Shown: piece by piece, positions 60,101 to 64,000 of the stretch | Numbering within the stretch: position 1 is the stretch's first letter | Layout: each line of letters begins with the position of its first letter | NCBI GenBank assembly: GCA_950097015.1 | Contig: CATNEN010000034.1 | Location: 6,262,001-6,326,000, forward strand | From: Macrostomum hystrix | Lineage: Eukaryota > Animalia > Platyhelminthes | DNA length: 64,000 bases | Reading direction: 5' to 3' | Position numbers and translations under genes: made by a program | Notes under the pieces: generated by a model | What the model was told of the DNA's origin: nothing | Databases searched by the model: none | Seen by the model: only the letters and a program-made list of their open reading frames with translations

Positions 60101-61752
60101 GGCACACTCTGAGAGCCACTTACTCAGCTATGAAGAAAAAGCTTATGACACTCAAGAGACAAGTTTTATTTAACTTTCTGCTAACAAACCAACAAAGAAC
60201 CCATACCCACTTTCCTAAATTGTTGATGTGCAGTTTTGATGTCACTGGCTCACACAATCACTATGTCACATCATCTTTTGAGTCCTTCTTTTCGAAAGGC
60301 ACATTGTCCTTAAGTTTTTCTGTCTTAAGTCACTCCGTCTATAAGTCACTTTGCTTTAAGTCCCAATGTCTCGAAGTCAGTTAATAGACACTTCATTTCA
60401 AGGTCAGTCCGTCTATAAGTTACTCAATTTCTAGATCAATTAATTTGTAAATCACTCTGTTTCTATATCACTAAGTTTCTAGATCACTCCGTTTCTAGAT
60501 CAATCCGTTTCTAGATCACTCCGTTTCTAGATCACTCCGTTTCTAGATCAATCCGTTTCTAGATCACTCCGTTTCTAGATCACTCCGTTTCTAGATCACT
60601 CCGTTTCTACACCACTCCGTCTTAAGTTACTAAATTTCTAGACCAGTCAATTTGTAGATCATTCCGTTTCTAGATCACTCCGTTTCTAGATCACTCCGTT
60701 TCTAGATCACTTCGTTTCTAGATCACTCCGTTTCTAGGTCATTCCGTTTCTAGGTCACTCCGTTTCTAGATCACTCCATTTCTAGATCAATTTATTTCTA
60801 GATCACTCCGTTTCTAGGTCACTCTGTTTCTAGATCACTCCGTTTCTACATCACTCCGTCTTAAGTTACTAAATTTCTAGACCAGTCAATTTGTAGATCA
60901 CTCCGTTTCTAGATCACTCCGTTTCTAGATCACTCCGTTTCTAGATCACTTCGTTTCTAGATCACTCCGTTTCTAGGTCATTCCGTTTCTAGGTCACTCC
61001 GTTTCTAGATCACTTCGTTTCTAGATCAATTTGTTTCTAGATCACTCCGTTTCTAGGTCACTCTGTTTATAGATCACTCCGTTTCTAGATCACTCCGTTT
61101 CTACATCACTCCATCTAAGGTTACTATATTTCTAGACCAGTCAATTTGTAGATCACTCCGTTTCTAGATCACTCCGTTTCTAGGTCACTCCGTTTCTAGA
61201 TTAATCCGTTTCTAGATCACTCCGTTACTAGATTACTCCGTTTCTTGATCACTCCGTTTCTAGATCACTCCGTTTCTAGATCACTCCGTTTCTAGATCAC
61301 TCCGTTTCTAGATCACTCCTTTTCTAGATTAATCCGTTTCTAGATCACTCCGTTTCTAGATCACTCCGTTTCTAGATCACTCCGTCTTAAGTTACTAAAT
61401 TTCTAGATCAGTCAATTTGTAGATCACTCCGTTTCTAGATCACTCTATTTCTAGGTCACTTCGTCAAAAATTCACTCCATCTGCAAGTCTGATGCAAAAA
61501 CGAAGGATCGCGCCCTCACCTGCAGATAGGTGAGGTCGCCAACCCTGGCATTAGTTAGGTCGTGGTCGCCAATTTCGGATTGCACAACATAGCTGCCCAG
61601 CACAATGTAGGTGGTGAACGAGCACGGCAGGATGTCGGCCATGAGGTTCTGGCGAATCTGCAGCGCCATGTAGTACCGGGTGAGGTTGTCGCGCAGATTC
61701 TCCGGGTCGGGCGGGTAGAACTTCACCATGAACTCCAGCTTCCATTCGTTCT
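48129..61752 (-). CDS. EPB41: Protein 4.1/coracle-family FERM protein with two internal DDX1-type SPRY domains, 5' part outside the window; exons 61752-61520, 58313-57892, 57437-57253, 56662-55987, 55181-54860, 54393-53932, 52942-52880, 52774-52718, 51509-51387, 50230-50081, 49798-49589, 49191-49102, 48242-48129
   Basis: FERM-M (VKFYPPDP...[10 protein letters not shown]...LPCSF...[12 protein letters not shown]), FERM-C (LAMYGVDMH...INRFSWPKI...[16 protein letters not shown]), FA region, two SPRY domains and a 4.1-CTD-like end ([14 protein letters not shown]...LNDAI). All 12 GT-AG junctions are phase-compatible, giving ~1034 continuous codons. The small downstream exons are less certain than the FERM and SPRY exons. 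Confidence 0.8.
49225..49500. repeat. Degenerate (GGAGTGAGGTGGGTGTC...)n repeat; related copies at 48330-48500
   Basis: The same core occurs in two adjacent introns of the 4.1-like gene. Confidence 0.7.
49850..49975. repeat. 21-bp minisatellite (TTAACTTCCCTGTCTCACCTG)n
   Basis: Five to six copies. Confidence 0.88.
50488..51390. repeat. 15-bp minisatellite (CAGTCTCCCTCACCT)n; minus-strand unit ACTGAGGTGAGGGAG contains a splice donor
   Basis: About 60 units continuous with the exon 51509-51387 / donor 51386 junction. Confidence 0.96.
51945..52665. repeat. 13-bp minisatellite (GATGAGAGAGTCA)n
   Basis: Direct periodicity. Confidence 0.96.
53932..55181 (-). CDS. Two exons (55181-54860, 54393-53932) encoding the end of SPRY 1 and all of SPRY 2 (DDX1-type)
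   Basis: FFPAAC...LRWNFG closes SPRY 1. WRLNQYD...ALGPDG...WQGVRAAKG...RFYYE|V...RAGWTT...[16 protein letters not shown]...[25 protein letters not shown]...YPTVC...VNFG...FRYPP is SPRY 2. Confidence 0.9.
54455..54820. repeat. 20-bp minisatellite (TCATCTCACTGCTGCACCCT)n
   Basis: Fills intron 54394-54859 inside SPRY 2. Confidence 0.95.
55210..55516. repeat. 25-bp minisatellite (CAAGCTGCCATAGAGTTTGGTGGGT)n
   Basis: Direct periodicity next to the acceptor at 55182. Confidence 0.95.
55987..56662 (-). CDS. Exon encoding most of SPRY domain 1 (DDX1-type) of the 4.1-like gene
   Basis: WLGGRADSG...QWYFEV...RIGWAT...GFGFG...DDYG...[28 protein letters not shown]; phase 1 in, phase 2 out. Confidence 0.88.
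56690..57180. repeat. 23-bp minisatellite (AAGCTCATGACCTCAGTCTACTC)n
   Basis: Fills intron 56663-57252. Confidence 0.95.
57600..57815. repeat. ~16-bp minisatellite (GAGAATGAGGATCTGG)n
   Basis: Degenerate periodicity; the reverse complement carries CTCCCAGATCCTCA. Confidence 0.88.
58594..59640. repeat. 16-bp minisatellite (GATCACTCCGTTTCTA)n, array 1
   Basis: XbaI/Sau3AI-rich unit, flanked by a 23-bp direct repeat. Confidence 0.95.
60330..61465. repeat. 16-bp minisatellite (GATCACTCCGTTTCTA)n, array 2
   Basis: Same unit and same ~50-bp variant block as array 1, ~700 bp away in the same intron. Confidence 0.95.
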
Positions 61753-62479
61753 CTGCTCGGTGGGTGGCAGGGAGGCGAGAATGGATTCGCTTTGAGCAAC
61801 CTATCCTTAAGCCGCAGCTAATCGTGCTACCCCCAATCTGGTACCCAATTTACAACTGGGTGAACTGAAGCGATGCGAACTAAAACCGATGGACAGAAAA
61901 AATATTGTGCCGCTATAAATCGAGGTCAATCAGTTTAAGCTCGCTGGAACCGATGAGTCATCGAGTCTTTCTCTGTAAGTAAGAAATGGCAAGACCCAGA
62001 AGCTGGTCGTCTTGGCAACAATAATCATAACAAACTAGAACATGCTTATTCTACAAGAGAATTATCTGAGGGGTTTCACAAGCTTTAAGCAAGAAACACA
62101 CAAAACTCGCCACTTGAACTGATTCACATTCGCGGAAAGAGAATTTTCCAAACAGAATTACAACTTGCCCAACATTCTTCACTCGCTATGTAGAAAAAAA
62201 ATAATTCTAATCAATGCAAAGTTTTTAAACCAGCCCCAGAACCCCCTTTAAGGCCACAACGATATCGGTTGGGGGTGATTGGATGCAGATGCAGTAAGGG
62301 AGATGAGAGAAAGGCTATAAAGTTTGGAAAGATTTCAATAATTTGTTTCGCATGCTTTTTAGCAATTTTTTTTTACTTTGCATTCGAAGAACGAAACAAT
62401 TTTTTAGTTGGTAAGCAAAGTCAGGTGAGACAAGCTTCTAAACCCAAAAATTAAAGCCCTTTCAATACCTCACAACTGT

Positions 62480-63600
62480 CTAATCTCTCACCTGTCTCAT
62501 ATCTCTCCTGTCTCATCTCTCGTCTGTCTCATCTCTCGTCTGTCTCGTCTCTTTTCTGTCTCGTCTCTCTCCATCTCATCTCTCTCCTGTCTCGTCTCTC
62601 TCCTGTCTCGTCTCTTTTCTGTCTCGTCTCTCTCCTATCTCCTCTCTCTCCTGTCTCGTCTCTCTCCTGTCTCGTCTCTCTCCTGTCTCATCTCTCTCCT
62701 GTCTCGTCTCTCTCCTATCTCATCTCTCTCCTGTCTCATCTCTCTCCTGTCTCGTCTCTCTCCTGTCTCGTCTCTCTCCTGTCTCATCTCTCTCCTGTCT
62801 AATCTCTCTCCTGTCTCATCTCTCTCCTGTCTTATCTCTTTCCTGTCTAATCTCTCTCCTGTCTCATCTCTCTCCTGTCTTATCTCTCTCCTGTCTCATC
62901 TCTCTCCTGTCTTATCTCTCTCCTGTCTCGTCTCTCTCCTGTCTCATCTCTCTCCTGTCTTATCTCTCTCCTGTCTCATCTCTCTCCTGTCTAATCTCTC
63001 TCCTGTCTCATCTCTCTCCTGTCTTATCTCTCTCCTGTCTCATCTCTCTCCTGTCTTATCTCTCTCTTGTCTCATCTCTCTCCTGTCTTATCTCTCTCCT
63101 GTCTTATCTCTCTCCTGTCTCATCTCTCTCCTGTCTTATCTCTCTTCTGTCTCATCTCTCTCCTGTCTAATCTCTCTCCTGTCTCATCTCTCTCCTGTCT
63201 CATCTCTCTCCTGTCTCATCTCTCTCCTGTCTCGTCTCTTTTCTGTCTCGTCTCTCTCCTATCTCATCTCTCTCCTGTCTTATCTCTCTCCTGTCTCGTC
63301 TCTCTCCTGTCTAATCTCTCTCCTGTCTCATCTCTCTCCTGTCTTATCTCTCTCCTGTCTCATCTCTCTCCTGTCTTATCTCTCTCCTGTCTCGTCTCTC
63401 TCCTGTCTCATCTCTTTCCTGTCTCATCGCTTTCCCAATCTCATCGCACACCCGCGTCTCGCATCTCTCCTGTCTAATCTCTCCTCTAATCTCTCCTCTA
63501 ATCTCTCCTCTAATCTCTCCTCTAATTTCTCCTCTAATTTCTCCTCTAATTTCTCCTCTAATCTCTCCTCTAATCTCTCCTCTAATCTCTCCTCTAATTT
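62480..63600. repeat. 16-bp pyrimidine-rich minisatellite (TCTCTCTCCTGTCTCA)n followed by 12-bp (TAATCTCTCCTC)n
   Basis: Direct periodicity; explains ORFs 63067-63477 and 63424-63609. Confidence 0.95.
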
Positions 63601-64000
63601 ACCCTGCAAAGCTGATCAAAATCAGTTGAATATATTTTAGAAAACAGAATACTTAAAATAATAACACGAAATAACCACAAAATGGTTTCGCCTTGCGCAG
63701 CTATTGTTGTCCGTAAGAACTGTGGCAAATCATAATAGTTATGCATAATATGCTTTTCAGTTATTCTATGACCCAGAAAACTGACAAGTTTAATGATAAA
63801 CAGTAGCGCAAAAGATACCCAGTTTAGGACAAGTTATTAAAGCTAAACAGAAGAGAAAGCCACGAAGCTGATTTTCAGCAATAGCAGCAGCAGCAGCATG
63901 GCATCGAGGTCTCGTGCACTTTTGTCATCGATATAGAAAAATAAGTGAAATACCAATGGAACAGTGCAGCAGTGAAAGTCTATTCTGAGGTGCTGGAGTG

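Noticed and set aside
61760-64000. Search for the FERM N-lobe exons
   Set aside because: No FERM-N motifs found on the minus strand, so the 5' exons are presumed to lie beyond the window.

Overview
Eukaryotic (metazoan) genomic DNA. GC-rich exons coding poly-Ala/Gln/Gly tracts, with most introns filled by a different minisatellite, suggest a flatworm such as Macrostomum lignano (inference, not verified). Plus strand: cyclin T (5'-truncated), a tentative 3-exon membrane-protein gene, DHX9/maleless RNA helicase with one clear and one possible frame disruption, a Src42A/FRK-type kinase lacking the C-terminal regulatory Tyr, and an intact DD34D mariner with ~200-bp TIRs. Minus strand: an unknown gene, a 3-exon pannexin-like channel, and a protein 4.1/coracle-family gene (5' end outside the window). 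In that last gene two DDX1-type SPRY domains sit between the FERM-adjacent domain and the 4.1 C-terminal domain, and exon phases make them obligatory for the reading frame. This is the strongest novelty candidate. Also present: two tRNA-derived SINE families, a dead C2H2 zinc-finger fragment and ~30 tandem-repeat arrays. One array amplifies a real splice donor and one is bracketed by a 23-bp direct repeat. All homology statements are recalled family motifs matched by eye; no searches were run.
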